Below are positions 18,973 through 28,885 of a stretch of DNA of 64,000 nucleotides, one piece after another. Origin of the DNA: Aeromicrobium sp. (GTDB lineage Bacteria > Actinomycetota > Actinomycetes > Propionibacteriales > Nocardioidaceae); NCBI RefSeq assembly GCF_047606445.1, contig NZ_JASGEK010000010.1:106944-170943 (forward strand). Direction: 5' to 3'. The notes beneath the pieces are model-generated. The model saw only the letters and a list, made by a program, of their open reading frames with translations. It did not search any database and had not been told where the DNA came from. Made by a program: the position numbers and the translations under genes. Each line of letters opens with the position of its first letter. Position 1 is the first letter of the stretch.

Positions 18973-20456
18973 TCATCCTCGCGGCCTCGAGGTCATGTCA
19001 GCGTCCAACGCCAGCGCCGTCGCCTCCGCCTGAAGCGCGTGGAGGCGGCCGAGGGCGGTGTCACGCGTGGCGGTGAGGGCGCGACCCTCCTCGGTGAGCG
19101 GGGCGAGGGACTGCTCGACCCGGTCGATCCAGGCGTCGAGGTGGTCGAGGCCGCCGGCGAAGAGCAGCGCGCGGACCTCGGCTCCCTCCTCCTCGCCGCG
19201 CAGCCGCAGATCCTTGCGATGTTTGGCGATCCGCATCCGGCGCGCCTGACCTTTCGCCGCCCCGACAGGTCGGCGAGCGGGCCGACCACCTCCAGCGCCC
19301 ACTGGCTTTCCTCGCCCGGCTCGGCGCCACTGCGGGCGAGGTCGCCGAGCTTGCGGCTCACCCAGATCGCACCGGTCTGCGCGGCGCTTCTGCCCAATCG
19401 TTCCAGCGACGACTCCCCCAGCTCGCCGCCGGACGCCAGGTCCGCCAGGTCGACGGCGGCCACCCACGCCGCAGGCGGTGGAACCTCCGACCCGTGCTCC
19501 TCGACCAGTTCGGCGTGAGCGGCCGACAGCGCCGCCGAGAACTTCGCGTCGAACGTCGTCAACACCTCGGCCCGCTCCTTCTCACCCTTGCTCCACACCC
19601 GTTCGGGGACCGAACCGTCCTTGTCGGAGACCTGCTGGGCGAAGCGCTCGAACACCGACCGCAACGCGGCCTCGACCGCCTCGCTCTGCTGGTTCAGCGT
19701 CGTCGTCACACGGCGTCGTCGAGCACTCGGACGAGCTCGTGGGCCTGCGCCATCGGTCGGAAAGCCTCGACCCCGGCGTCCACGATCTTCTGTAGCTCGA
19801 CGGTGAAGGCGTCGAAACCGCTCCGCGCGAGCAGCCACTCCCGCTGTTCCGCGTCGAGGTCGGGATCGTTCACCGCCTCGATGTGGTCGAGGGCGTCGGT
19901 GGCGACGACGGGCACTCGATCGGCGAAGGGTCCGAGCCGTAGGCGCACCTCGTCGAGGATGAGCGCGGGGTCGCTGTTCTCGGCGTTGATCTTGTTGACG
20001 ACGACGAGGCTGCGGCCGACGAAGCTGTCGGCGTCGAGCGCCGCACGGATCGCGGCGGTCTCAGCCTCCCCGGGCAACTCGCTCGTCGTGACGATGACCA
20101 GCGCGGCGGCCGACCGCAGGCCCTCACGCGCTCGTGCCGTGTGCGCGTCCTCCCCCGACAGCGTGCCCGGCAGGTCGAGCAGCGTCACGCCGTTCCAGTC
20201 GTAGGCAGTCGGCTCGGAGGTGGCGGGCGCGGCGTCGACCAACTCGTCGACCAGGTGTTGCGGAAACCCGCAGAGCGCGGCGATCAGGGTTGGTCTTGCC
20301 CGCGCTGTACGGGCCGGAGAAGGCGATCCGCAGCGGGTTGTCGTCGGCGCGGGGCAGCCGATCGGCCACCTCGGCGGTGCGCGGGTGCTCGCGCAGCGCG
20401 GCGTCGGCGCGGGCGCTCAGCCCGAGCACCCGGTCGGCGAGACGGCCGTCGTTCAT
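18973..20456 (-). pseudogene. Dynamin-like / TRAFAC GTPase 2, disrupted
   Basis: G1 GPYSAGKT followed by a +1 frameshift (about 20292); G3 DLPG and G4 VNKIN in the next frame; further breaks near 19706 and 19265; helical C-terminus. Confidence 0.75.
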
Positions 20457-23170
20457 CGGCTCGCTCCTGTCAGGCTCGCGGGCGCTTCGAGGGCGCACAG
20501 ACGTTGGTCAAGGACGTCGTCGATGGCGCTGAACGCCGCGACGACATCGGGGATCAGGGCGTTCAACCGGTCATAACGGTCACGGATCCGAACGATATCG
20601 GCCTTCTGACCGTCGAAGTGCGCCTCCGCGTGCGCGGTGGCGGTGTCGACGATCTCGGTCAGCCGCGCTCCGATTCGGGCGAACAGGACGTTCAACACCG
20701 TCTCGGCCTGCGCCGCCGTCATCGTCGTCCAGGCGCGGCCCGCCTCATTCGCCCGGTCGACCTCCTCACTGACCGCCTTGACCACGCCGGTCACCGCTTG
20801 CACCGCGATCAGGATCTTGACCTTCGTCGTCACCGCCCGCATCAACGAGCCGGCCGTCCCCCGCGCGGCGACCTTCGCCCAGCGCCGGGTCGAGGTGCGC
20901 GGGCGACGCACGGCTGCCAGTGGCTCGTCGACCAGGTCATGGCCGCCGACCGACGGCAGCACCCGCTCGTGCTCACGCGCGGCCTGGTCGATCCGGTCGT
21001 ACAACTCCACGGCGATCTGCTCCAGCGCGAGCCCGTCGAGGAACTGGCTCCATCGACGCGCGTGGTCGCCGCGACCGAGACGGTCTAGTTCGGTGGCCAG
21101 CCGCTCAGCGGTGAGGTGGCGGGTCGCGTCGAGCCGGTCGTGGGCGTCGCGGCCCGCGCGTTCGACCGCTCGGCCGAACGCCTCACGCTGGCGAGGCGCC
21201 TCCTCCTTCAGGTTGCGCAATCGTCGGTCGATCGGGGGAAGGTCGGACAGCAACCGCTCGTGCGTCACGACCACCGGCCCGCGCACATGGTCGGCCAGAC
21301 GCAGCGCCCGCAGCGGGATCGAGCGCTCGGCGAGCAGCCGTCGCAGCGAAGCCTCCAGTTCGGGGAGCCGACTCGCCACGAAGGCCTGGTCGCCGAGGTC
21401 GCGGTCGGCCAGCGACAAGGCCTCGTGCGCGGCGGCTGCGTGCACCGGCAGCACGGTCGGCGCGCCAGCCCCCACGCTCGCCGCGACCTGTTCGATCCGG
21501 CGGGCGTGCTCGGGCACGGCGGCGAACAGGCGGTCGGGGCGACGCACGAAAGCGCGCAGGCTCTGCTCATCGTCGACGCGCCGTTTCACATTGACCACGG
21601 CCAGCATCGGCTTGCCCGCTCGCAGGATGCGGCAGAACTCGGCCGCCTCTTCCTCGCGCAGCGTGTCGGCGTAGTTCCAGAGGACGGCGTCGGCGCCCTC
21701 CCAGGCCTCGCGGGCGCGGGCGGCGTCGAAGTCGTCGTCCTTGGCCGCGAGCCCGGGGGTGTCGAGGTACACCACTGAGCCGAGTTCGAACGCCGAGGTC
21801 TCGCGGGTGGTGCGGTGGGCTCCCCGGCCGATGCCGTCGCGGTCGGCCTCGCGCAGGAGTGCCTTGCGCAGTGTCGTCTTGCCCGACTTCGTGCAGCCGA
21901 CGATGGCGACGCGCAGCGGGCCGCTCGGCGCGGGCAGCGACCGTACGGCGTCGTGGAGGTCGCGTTCGATCGCGCCCAACGCGCCGATGACGCCGACGAG
22001 ACGTTCGCTCTCGACCGCGTAGGCGGAGTAGTCGAGTGGCGGCAGGCGGAGGGCGGCGGTGGCGCGCAGTCGCGTCTGGATGTCGCGATAGGCGGCGCGG
22101 CTGGGGTCGACGCCGAAAGGCGGGAGGGACGCGGCCACGAGCGTGTCGAGTCGTTCGCGCAGCGCGGGGTCGTCGGGCAGCGCGTCCATCGCGGCGGCGA
22201 CCCGGTCGAGGGCGTCGAGGTGGTCGCGCCACCAGGTGTGCAAGGCCGGCGCCTCGGCGGCGGCCGCGTCGTCGAACGCGGCGAGCCCGGCGGCGAGACG
22301 TCCGTTGACTCCTGGCTTCAGCGTGACGACCTCTCCAGGAAGGCCCTCGACCAGCACCGCGCGGACGCCGGGATCGGCGAGCAGGTCGACAGCGTCGACG
22401 GAGAGGGCGCCCGTGTCACGGGCGTGGATCGCCCACCGCAACGCGGCGCAGCGGTCCTCGCGCACTCGCAGTCGTACGTCCTGCGGCCCGAGCCAGCGCC
22501 ACCACGAGGGTTGGACGAGCACGACCGACTCATAGGCCTCCCGCGCGACCACGACGTCGAGCACGAGGTCGAGGCGGTCGGCGAGTTCTCGGTTCGACAG
22601 TCGGTCGGCGCCGGGTCGGCTGTGGTCGAGGACGCGGTCGCGCAGGCGGGCGGCCTGACGGCTCGCCCGCCGTCGCAGAGTCGCGGCGGCGGACTCCACC
22701 TCCAGGTCGAGGACGGAGCGCGTGAACTCGATCGGCCATCGGGCCTCCGCGCGGCGGCACTCCGCGAGGACGATGGCGAGGGAGCGCTCCGCCGAGGCCA
22801 CCTCGGCGAGTGAGGCCCGCAGCACCTCGACCGTGACGCCTTCGAAGGAGCGCAGATGTTCGCTCAGACCACGCTGGGCCGCGAGCGCCCTGAGGTCGTC
22901 GACCTGGTCGAGCGGGAGGCGCCCGCCCCGGTCGGTGACACGGGCGACAAGCTCACGGTCCTGTTCACGGCGACGCGTGAACGCCTCGACGACCCGCAGG
23001 GTGCTGCCGGAGGTCGGACGGTCGGGAACGCCGTGGTCGCGCGCCACCTCGGCGAGCCGGTGGATCAGCTCCTCGACCGCGGCCGCCCCCACGACCGAGT
23101 CGACGCCGAGCGGCTCCATCAGCAGCCCCAACGTCTCCGCGACCAGCCCCGCCCCGAGCCGCTCCGTCAT
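20453..23170 (-). CDS. Large dynamin-like / TRAFAC GTPase 1 (905 aa)
   Basis: Central G domain: VAIVGCTKSGKTTL, RTTRE, YLDTPG, AVVNVK; helical N- and C-terminal regions; TATGTT -10 lies 6 nt before the ATG; overlaps the next gene (ATGA). Confidence 0.75.
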   Translation of the reverse strand: MTERLGAGLVAETLGLLMEPLGVDSVVGAAAVEELIHRLAEVARDHGVPDRPTSGSTLRVVEAFTRRREQDRELVARVTDRGGRLPLDQVDDLRALAAQRGLSEHLRSFEGVTVEVLRASLAEVASAERSLAIVLAECRRAEARWPIEFTRSVLDLEVESAAATLRRRASRQAARLRDRVLDHSRPGADRLSNRELADRLDLVLDVVVAREAYESVVLVQPSWWRWLGPQDVRLRVREDRCAALRWAIHARDTGALSVDAVDLLADPGVRAVLVEGLPGEVVTLKPGVNGRLAAGLAAFDDAAAAEAPALHTWWRDHLDALDRVAAAMDALPDDPALRERLDTLVAASLPPFGVDPSRAAYRDIQTRLRATAALRLPPLDYSAYAVESERLVGVIGALGAIERDLHDAVRSLPAPSGPLRVAIVGCTKSGKTTLRKALLREADRDGIGRGAHRTTRETSAFELGSVVYLDTPGLAAKDDDFDAARAREAWEGADAVLWNYADTLREEEAAEFCRILRAGKPMLAVVNVKRRVDDEQSLRAFVRRPDRLFAAVPEHARRIEQVAASVGAGAPTVLPVHAAAAHEALSLADRDLGDQAFVASRLPELEASLRRLLAERSIPLRALRLADHVRGPVVVTHERLLSDLPPIDRRLRNLKEEAPRQREAFGRAVERAGRDAHDRLDATRHLTAERLATELDRLGRGDHARRWSQFLDGLALEQIAVELYDRIDQAAREHERVLPSVGGHDLVDEPLAAVRRPRTSTRRWAKVAARGTAGSLMRAVTTKVKILIAVQAVTGVVKAVSEEVDRANEAGRAWTTMTAAQAETVLNVLFARIGARLTEIVDTATAHAEAHFDGQKADIVRIRDRYDRLNALIPDVVAAFSAIDDVLDQRLCALEAPASLTGASR

Positions 23171-23338
23171 GAGAGCAACATACTCGCGCGGCGCGACCCA
23201 TGTCCGACATTGACGACGACCTATGAGACTTCACGTCGTGATCTCTTCACAAATGTATGACTATCGACGTCAAAAGATTTACGCAGCGTGGGATCATTCC
23301 TCAGGGATGGACGAATCGACTCACTTCGCCCGCCTGGA

Positions 23339-23674
23339 TCACGACCGTAAGCCCGCGCGGTCGAGTGTCCGACGCAGCTTCTCGTCGAGGAGTTCGAGGC
23401 ATCGTCCGTCGTGGTCGCGCAGGTGCTCCAGGGCGGCTAGGGCCGTGATCGCGACGTCGAGCAACTCGCCCTCGACGTCGGCGAGCGTATGGGTGACGCC
23501 TTTGCGCGGGTTCTGACCGGTGGCCCCGATGTAAGCGGCCACCACCTCACCCGCCTCCTCGGTGATCTTCGCCAACCGCGCCCACGTCGCCGCCTCCACG
23601 TCGCGCTCGATGTTGGCCGCGTCGATCCACGCGCTCAACACGGCGACACCCTGAGAAGTCTCGTCTCTGCTCAT
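23339..23674 (-). CDS. MazG-like nucleotide pyrophosphohydrolase
   Basis: LAKITEEAGEVVAAY and VEGELLDVAITAL (EExxE...ExxD pattern). Confidence 0.85.
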   Translation of the reverse strand: MSRDETSQGVAVLSAWIDAANIERDVEAATWARLAKITEEAGEVVAAYIGATGQNPRKGVTHTLADVEGELLDVAITALAALEHLRDHDGRCLELLDEKLRRTLDRAGLRS

Positions 23675-23723
23675 CCACCCATTGTCGTTGACCGAAAACC
23701 CCCGAGGCGTTATCACTGGTCAC

Positions 23724-24137
23724 ATGGCAGGAACCACCGGGAAGACCAAAGACGCGGGCTGGCAGATGGGAGTGCGGCGCACCCTCCCCATCGCCGCCGA
23801 GGACGCCTGGGAGTTCCTGGTGGGCGAGGGACTGCCGCTATGGCTGGGACACACCTCGCTCGGCGACAGGGCTGGCGAGCCGTACGTCACCGAGGAGGGC
23901 GTGTCAGGCGAGCTCCGTAGCCGGACCGACGGCCGGAGAGTACGGCTCACCTGGCGGCCGTCGGACTGGTCGCACGACACGACCCTCCAACTCACCGTCC
24001 TGCCCGCCGCGACGGGAGCCACCATCGCCGTCCACCAGGAACGTCTCGCCGACGCCGATGAGCGCGAACGCATGCTCACCCACTGGACAGCCGTCCTCGA
24101 GACCCTCGGCGCGGCGCTCAGCGACGCGTCAGACTGA
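23724..24137 (+). CDS. SRPBCC/AHSA1 domain protein
   Basis: GWQMGVRRTLP..AEDAWEFL, RVRLTW, IAVHQERL, MLTHW. Confidence 0.8.
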   Translation: MAGTTGKTKDAGWQMGVRRTLPIAAEDAWEFLVGEGLPLWLGHTSLGDRAGEPYVTEEGVSGELRSRTDGRRVRLTWRPSDWSHDTTLQLTVLPAATGATIAVHQERLADADERERMLTHWTAVLETLGAALSDASD

Positions 24138-24590
24138 GACACCACTGGCTTGATAACGCAGGAGCATCGCCCCTGAACCGAACTCCTGACGATCGACCAA
24201 CTCGAGCTGGACGCGTTCACGCAGACCTGCGAGCAGGGTCGGGCCATGTCCGGCGAGGACCGACTGCACTAAGAACTCGTACTGGTCGATCAACCCCAGG
24301 TCCACCAGCGCCGAGGGCAGGGTCACCCCCACCGACCCACAGACCTTCGCCGGGTTGTTCTTTGAGCCGCCGCACCGTTTCTCCCAGGTCGCCGCGCACC
24401 AGCTCAGCGTTCCAATCGACGTCGCTGAGCGTGCTCGACACGACATGCTTGTCCGCCTGGTCGATCGCCTCGGTGAAGAGGACCTCCCCGTCACTCATCC
24501 AGTCGGGCCAGTCTCCGGAGGTCGGACGCCGCCACGCCGACTCCATCATCTGGTAGGTGACCCGCCGAGGATCAATGTGTCAGCCCACGC
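24129..24590 (-). pseudogene. Dihydrofolate reductase/RibD C-terminal family pseudogene
   Basis: (G)RVTYQMME, KHVVSSTL, LKEQPGEGLWVGG / LGLIDQYEFLVQSVLAGHG split over frames; N-terminus missing. Confidence 0.8.
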
Positions 24591-24631
24591 CTGAGACGCT
24601 TCACTGAAGGTCCCACACCGTTCGGAACCGG

Positions 24632-24898
24632 GTGGACTCCATCGACCACTACAGGAACAGGCGACAACGGATCGAGAGGCTCGTTTCCGCGTGGCATCAA
24701 GGTACCGACGGCCTGGCCGAGCCTGACGACCCACTGCTCAAGGCCGCCGCAAGGCCAAGGAGACGCGCTCGAACACCACTGACGAACGACGAAGTGGACG
24801 GTATGCGAACAGCCCGCGCCGCGGGCGTCAGCGTGCTCGCGAAGCAGTTCGGCATCCACCGTGGCACAGTGCGGACGAAGACGCGAGCGCTGCAGTGA
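24632..24898 (+). CDS. Small HTH-domain protein, possibly a relic
   Basis: LTNDEVDGMRTARAAGVSVLAKQFGIHRGTV HTH-like segment; the helix appears shortened. Confidence 0.5.
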   Translation: MDSIDHYRNRRQRIERLVSAWHQGTDGLAEPDDPLLKAAARPRRRARTPLTNDEVDGMRTARAAGVSVLAKQFGIHRGTVRTKTRALQ

Positions 24899-24972
24899 GA
24901 CAACACCCGACTGCTCCGTGTCCACGGTCGTGCTCCGAGCATGCGAGACACGATTCGAAGCAGACGTACTCA

Positions 24973-25003
24973 TGTATGACTGTGTTACTATCACTGTCAT
25001 ACA
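24973..25003 (+). promoter_or_regulatory. Inverted-repeat operator enclosing a -10 box
   Basis: TGTATGACtGTG-ttactat-CACtGTCATACA (11 of 12 paired) encloses TACTAT, 18 nt upstream of the RHH-YfbU start. Confidence 0.7.
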
Positions 25004-25021
25004 CTAATACGTGAGGTTTCG

Positions 25022-25795
25022 ATGGCAGTCTTGAACATCCGAGTAGACGACCGGGTCCGCGACCAGTTGAAGGAGTTGGCTGAAGATCAGGGCGTCTCGC
25101 TGAGTGAGTATGTCCGTGACCTGCTGATGGAGGCGGTCGTCCCTGTCTACGAACAAGAGGTGAACCATGGCGGCGAGCCGCCGGTGGATAGCATGCGCAT
25201 CGCCGACCGACAGATCCTCTCTCTGTTGCACCGGATCCTGGCGCGAGTGCTGCCCGAGGACGCAAATGACGTCGACGGCGACCTCAAGTATCAGTTGATG
25301 CGAGCAACGATCCTTGAGGAGGGCTACACCGGCGAGTATTGGTACGAGACCGCTGGGTTTAGCACCGAGCTTTCGAAGCGGGACTGTGGTCGAGTCAAGG
25401 ACATTCTTGACATGTTCCGCATCTGCACCTACAGCATCGATCACCTCCGCAAGGAAGGCATTGAGCTTGATGATCAACTGGTTTACGAGCTCGAGTTCAT
25501 GGGGTTCGACCACAACGACGCGCTTGAGGGCCACATGGCTAGTTACGTCAAGTTCCTTATGCGCGACGGCGAGCGCTGGACCGAGCTGCAGCCCCAGATC
25601 GCCCGCAACGACGGCGGGAACTCTCACTCGCTGATGCTCGACACCTACCTGCGCATGCTCACGGAGTACCGACGGATCATGGATAGCCGCAAGCGGGGCT
25701 CCAGTCGCCTCGACTACTTGTTGGGTGAAGGTGAACTCGTACGGATCTCCGAGGCGCGCGTCCACCCGGCAAACCGCCGCGCGGCCCAGGACTGA
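25022..25795 (+). CDS. Ribbon-helix-helix / YfbU-family fusion protein
   Basis: N-terminus AVLNIRVDDRVRDQLKELAEDQGVSLSEYVRDLL (RHH); then ILEEGYTGEY, VKDILDMFR, FMGFDHND..EGHMASYV, NSHSLMLDTYLRML (YfbU-like). Confidence 0.8.
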   Translation: MAVLNIRVDDRVRDQLKELAEDQGVSLSEYVRDLLMEAVVPVYEQEVNHGGEPPVDSMRIADRQILSLLHRILARVLPEDANDVDGDLKYQLMRATILEEGYTGEYWYETAGFSTELSKRDCGRVKDILDMFRICTYSIDHLRKEGIELDDQLVYELEFMGFDHNDALEGHMASYVKFLMRDGERWTELQPQIARNDGGNSHSLMLDTYLRMLTEYRRIMDSRKRGSSRLDYLLGEGELVRISEARVHPANRRAAQD

Positions 25796-25797
25796 GC

Positions 25798-26286
25798 ATG
25801 CCTAGATCCCGCGCCGCGCTCCCCGACGTGGACTATCTCGCCCGTATTGGCGAGATCGCCTACTCGGTTTCGTACCTTGAGTGGACGATCCTCGGTGACC
25901 TGCATCGCCTCGCAGACCAGTTGCCGGACGGCCTCGCCTTGAGTCGTCTGGAGCCGATGATGACCTCGCAGATCGCCTCGGCAGTGAAGAACGCATCGAA
26001 GGAGGTTGCCGAAGGCCCGGTGAAGGACTACCTGGTCGCCGTGTATCGCGGGCTGTTCGTCGCGGCCGACCTCCGCAGCGACGTCCTCCATGCTCGCCCG
26101 GCCACCCACTCTAACCAGGGCCAGCGCCTGAACCGCGCCGAAGTGCGAGACCGGCGGACCACGGGTAAGCGCTTCTGGATCGACGACGAGTGGTTCGACT
26201 CGGCGATCAGCGAGCTGAACGAGCAGTTATTGGCGGTGTCGCGGACGAGGCCGCCGTTCACAGCCGCCGAGGAGGTCCGTGGCTGA
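25798..26286 (+). CDS. Hypothetical helical protein with RxxxxH (HEPN-like) motif
   Basis: YLARIGEIAYSVSYLEW N-terminal helix and LRSDVLHARP; begins 2 nt after the YfbU stop. Confidence 0.5.
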   Translation: MPRSRAALPDVDYLARIGEIAYSVSYLEWTILGDLHRLADQLPDGLALSRLEPMMTSQIASAVKNASKEVAEGPVKDYLVAVYRGLFVAADLRSDVLHARPATHSNQGQRLNRAEVRDRRTTGKRFWIDDEWFDSAISELNEQLLAVSRTRPPFTAAEEVRG

Positions 26287-26392
26287 TTTCGGTGGACTAT
26301 CAGACGCATGATCGTGCTACTGATTGCACGACCATACTGACGATATCGTCAACGAGCCCGGCGACCCGTTGATTCTGACGCATGGAGCCTCC

Positions 26393-27352
26393 TCATTGAT
26401 ACGGCCCGAGAAAGCGTTCGCCGTTGTAATGGATCATGTGGGTGGGGTGGTCGGCGCACCAAACTTCGGATTCCCAGGCGATCTTGTCGACGTACTTGCG
26501 GAACTCGACACGGTCGGGAAAGCAGGAAACGTAGACAAGACCCGCCGTCGATTCGGAGAACAGGTCAGCAAGTTCGGCTTGTCGTTTGGAATCGACAGGG
26601 CCGTGGGAACTGGCTGCTTCCAGGAGCACAAGCCAGTTGCGGTCAGGGAGGTAGATGACGAGGTCGGGCATCTTTCCGTGCTCGTCGACCTCGACATTGA
26701 GCGAGAATAGGGTCTCTCGTTCGAAGAGTGCCCACTTGTCGCCCGCATCGCCGATGTACAGCACTTGCCCACCGGGGGTGAAGCGCGGACAGAAGTCCTC
26801 AACCATCGCCTTAAGCAGCACGTTCTGCCCGCCGGGCGTCAGAGTGAAGGTCGAACTGTCTGGAAGCGTGAGCGGAATGCGATCCATCTCGCGCGCGGCC
26901 GCATAACGGGCCTTGAGCCCTGGTAGAGCAACGAGGTATCGATCGGTTGCTACCTGCCATTCGTTAGTACCGTAGGTGCGCAGTACGTCCAGCGCCTCGG
27001 CCGTGACTTGGTAGTTCCACTTGGGCGAGTTGACGGGGCGCTGCGGCTCGTCAGCGTTCTGCACCACGAGTTGTGCTTCCACGAACTGGTGGAGTGTGAA
27101 TCGTCGGACCGTCTCGCGAGTGTTCGGTGCGTAGTTCTTGCCATATTCGTCGCGGATGAAGTCCATGATGGCTCGAGTTCCAAGCATCGGGTTGGCTGCC
27201 TCTACCCATGACTTGGCGGGTTTGAGCCGGAGAAGCGCCAGGAGCACGAGGGCAGAACGTTCGTTGCTGCGCTCCGCATCCATGCCGAGCGTCTCCAATG
27301 CCATCCGAGCATCCTCAACTCGCTCGTACGCGGCGTCACCCAGTTCACTCAC
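26393..27352 (-). CDS. BsuBI/PstI-family type II restriction endonuclease
   Basis: NERSALVLLALL, YAPNTRETVRRFTLHQF, VNSPKWNY, LTPGGQNVLLKAMVEDFCPRF, HGKMPDLVIY, LEAASSHGPV, WESEVW..DHPTHMIHYNGERFLGPY. Confidence 0.93.
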   Translation of the reverse strand: MSELGDAAYERVEDARMALETLGMDAERSNERSALVLLALLRLKPAKSWVEAANPMLGTRAIMDFIRDEYGKNYAPNTRETVRRFTLHQFVEAQLVVQNADEPQRPVNSPKWNYQVTAEALDVLRTYGTNEWQVATDRYLVALPGLKARYAAAREMDRIPLTLPDSSTFTLTPGGQNVLLKAMVEDFCPRFTPGGQVLYIGDAGDKWALFERETLFSLNVEVDEHGKMPDLVIYLPDRNWLVLLEAASSHGPVDSKRQAELADLFSESTAGLVYVSCFPDRVEFRKYVDKIAWESEVWCADHPTHMIHYNGERFLGPYQ

Positions 27353-28830
27353 GCCGCGATCAACTCGTTTACCAGGGTGTCAACCTCGACCTGCGATACG
27401 ACTGCGTTGCGTCCAAGGCGCCGTAAGGTCGCCAGAGCGGGGAACCTCAGTGCGCGGAGGTCGGTAGCGTTGACTTGGGTGTGGCCGGAGAAAGTACGAA
27501 AGAACTTGTCGATCACGGACGAGTTGAGCCAAGTAGCTATGCCTCTCGCGAGGTCTTCATCCAGCCCGCGACCTCCGATGTGGAACACGTTCAGGTGGTT
27601 CTCGAAGGCTACTTCGCCAGGGTTGTCCACAGGCGACCAGACTGACGCTACGATCCGCCGACGCTCCTCTTTCGCACTGAACCGCTTGACGACTGTGTAC
27701 CAGCCCTCGGGCAGGAGCATCGCCCGATCCTTGTCGTTGCTCGGCTGGAACCACTGGGGCTTACGGATTACCCGCGGCCAGAGCACTTCGCCGTCACGGA
27801 GATTGCCGGGATAGACGAGCGGAACGGCCTCGGGTAACTCGACGCCGCTGAGTGCGTGGCGTGAGCGGAAGTCCACCACACGGCCGGTCGAGACCTGAAC
27901 TCCGAGATCGGTCAGCGCGCAAGGTTGCGATAGAACCAGTTCGGCGACCCTGGTGTCGTCGTCATCGGTTGCCAGCCGGATGAATCGGTTGGGGTCGTCA
28001 GGAAAGACAACTTCGGCGTAGGGAAGGACCCGCGACGCGATCTCGTCGGTGTGATCGCGGCTCACCGATAGTTCAACGACGCCGGAAGCGGCTCCGCGGG
28101 TTCCGGAGAAGATCACGTTCTCCTGGAGCACACCGGTGTCTGCGAATACTGTGGAACGGGAGTCGAAGACGTGTACTCGGTTGAGCGCGATGGAGTCGAG
28201 CAGGTGGGCGCGGAAGGATCCGAAGTACGGTCCATTGAAGAAAGATCGGGGCGTGATCGCCACAACTTGTCCGCCTGGCCGTAGCGCGGCGACAGATAGG
28301 GCAAGAAATGCAGCGTAGAGGTTGGGAGCATCGACTCCAGCGGCACGCATTGCGGCCCGGTGGGAACTCGACGTAGACAACTTCCCGTAAGGCGGATTCT
28401 CGATGACCAGATCGAACTGTGCTTCTAGGTTGAGCGAGGCATCCAGTCCCGTGGAATCGAGAATAAAGTCGGCCTCGACGGCCTCTGCTGTTACCCGACC
28501 TTCTCCGACGCGCTCGCATTCAGCGAGAGTTGCCCGAAGGTACGACAGCACGCCCGGATCACGTTCAACCGCGACGATCTCTATCGAGAGTTCAGGCTGT
28601 TCGGCCAACGCTCGACCCACCAAAGCCGCAGTGAGAACTCCTGAGCCAGCTCCGGGATCAAGCACGCGAATAGTGCCACTAGACGGCAGGCGGGGCAACG
28701 AAGCGATCAACTGTGCGGCGGCGGCGGGGGTGAAGAACTGACCTAGATCGCTCTGTGTGCCCGCATCGAGCCCACCGAGGGCGGCAACTCGCTCACTCTC
28801 GGCGATGTCCAAGAGGTCGGTCGCCAGCAC
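27349..28830 (-). CDS. BsuBI/PstI-type N6-adenine DNA methyltransferase
   Basis: GQFFTP, VLDPGAGSG, VIENPPYGK, ITPRSFFNG, KRFSAKEERRRI, FSGHTQVNATDLR. TACGAT -10 lies 6 nt before GTG 28830. Confidence 0.93.
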   Translation of the reverse strand: MLATDLLDIAESERVAALGGLDAGTQSDLGQFFTPAAAAQLIASLPRLPSSGTIRVLDPGAGSGVLTAALVGRALAEQPELSIEIVAVERDPGVLSYLRATLAECERVGEGRVTAEAVEADFILDSTGLDASLNLEAQFDLVIENPPYGKLSTSSSHRAAMRAAGVDAPNLYAAFLALSVAALRPGGQVVAITPRSFFNGPYFGSFRAHLLDSIALNRVHVFDSRSTVFADTGVLQENVIFSGTRGAASGVVELSVSRDHTDEIASRVLPYAEVVFPDDPNRFIRLATDDDDTRVAELVLSQPCALTDLGVQVSTGRVVDFRSRHALSGVELPEAVPLVYPGNLRDGEVLWPRVIRKPQWFQPSNDKDRAMLLPEGWYTVVKRFSAKEERRRIVASVWSPVDNPGEVAFENHLNVFHIGGRGLDEDLARGIATWLNSSVIDKFFRTFSGHTQVNATDLRALRFPALATLRRLGRNAVVSQVEVDTLVNELIAA

Positions 28831-28885
28831 CCTCTCATCGTATCCGGGGGCACAGACAGCCAACCGGGAACACGCAGACCGGGAG

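Noticed and set aside
20285-20300. Programmed frameshift restoring GTPase 2
   Set aside because: No slippery run at the site, and two further independent lesions downstream indicate decay.
23254-23262. TGTATGACT matching one arm of the RHH operator, upstream of GTPase 1
   Set aside because: A single half-site with no partner arm; cannot be distinguished from chance without a binding test.
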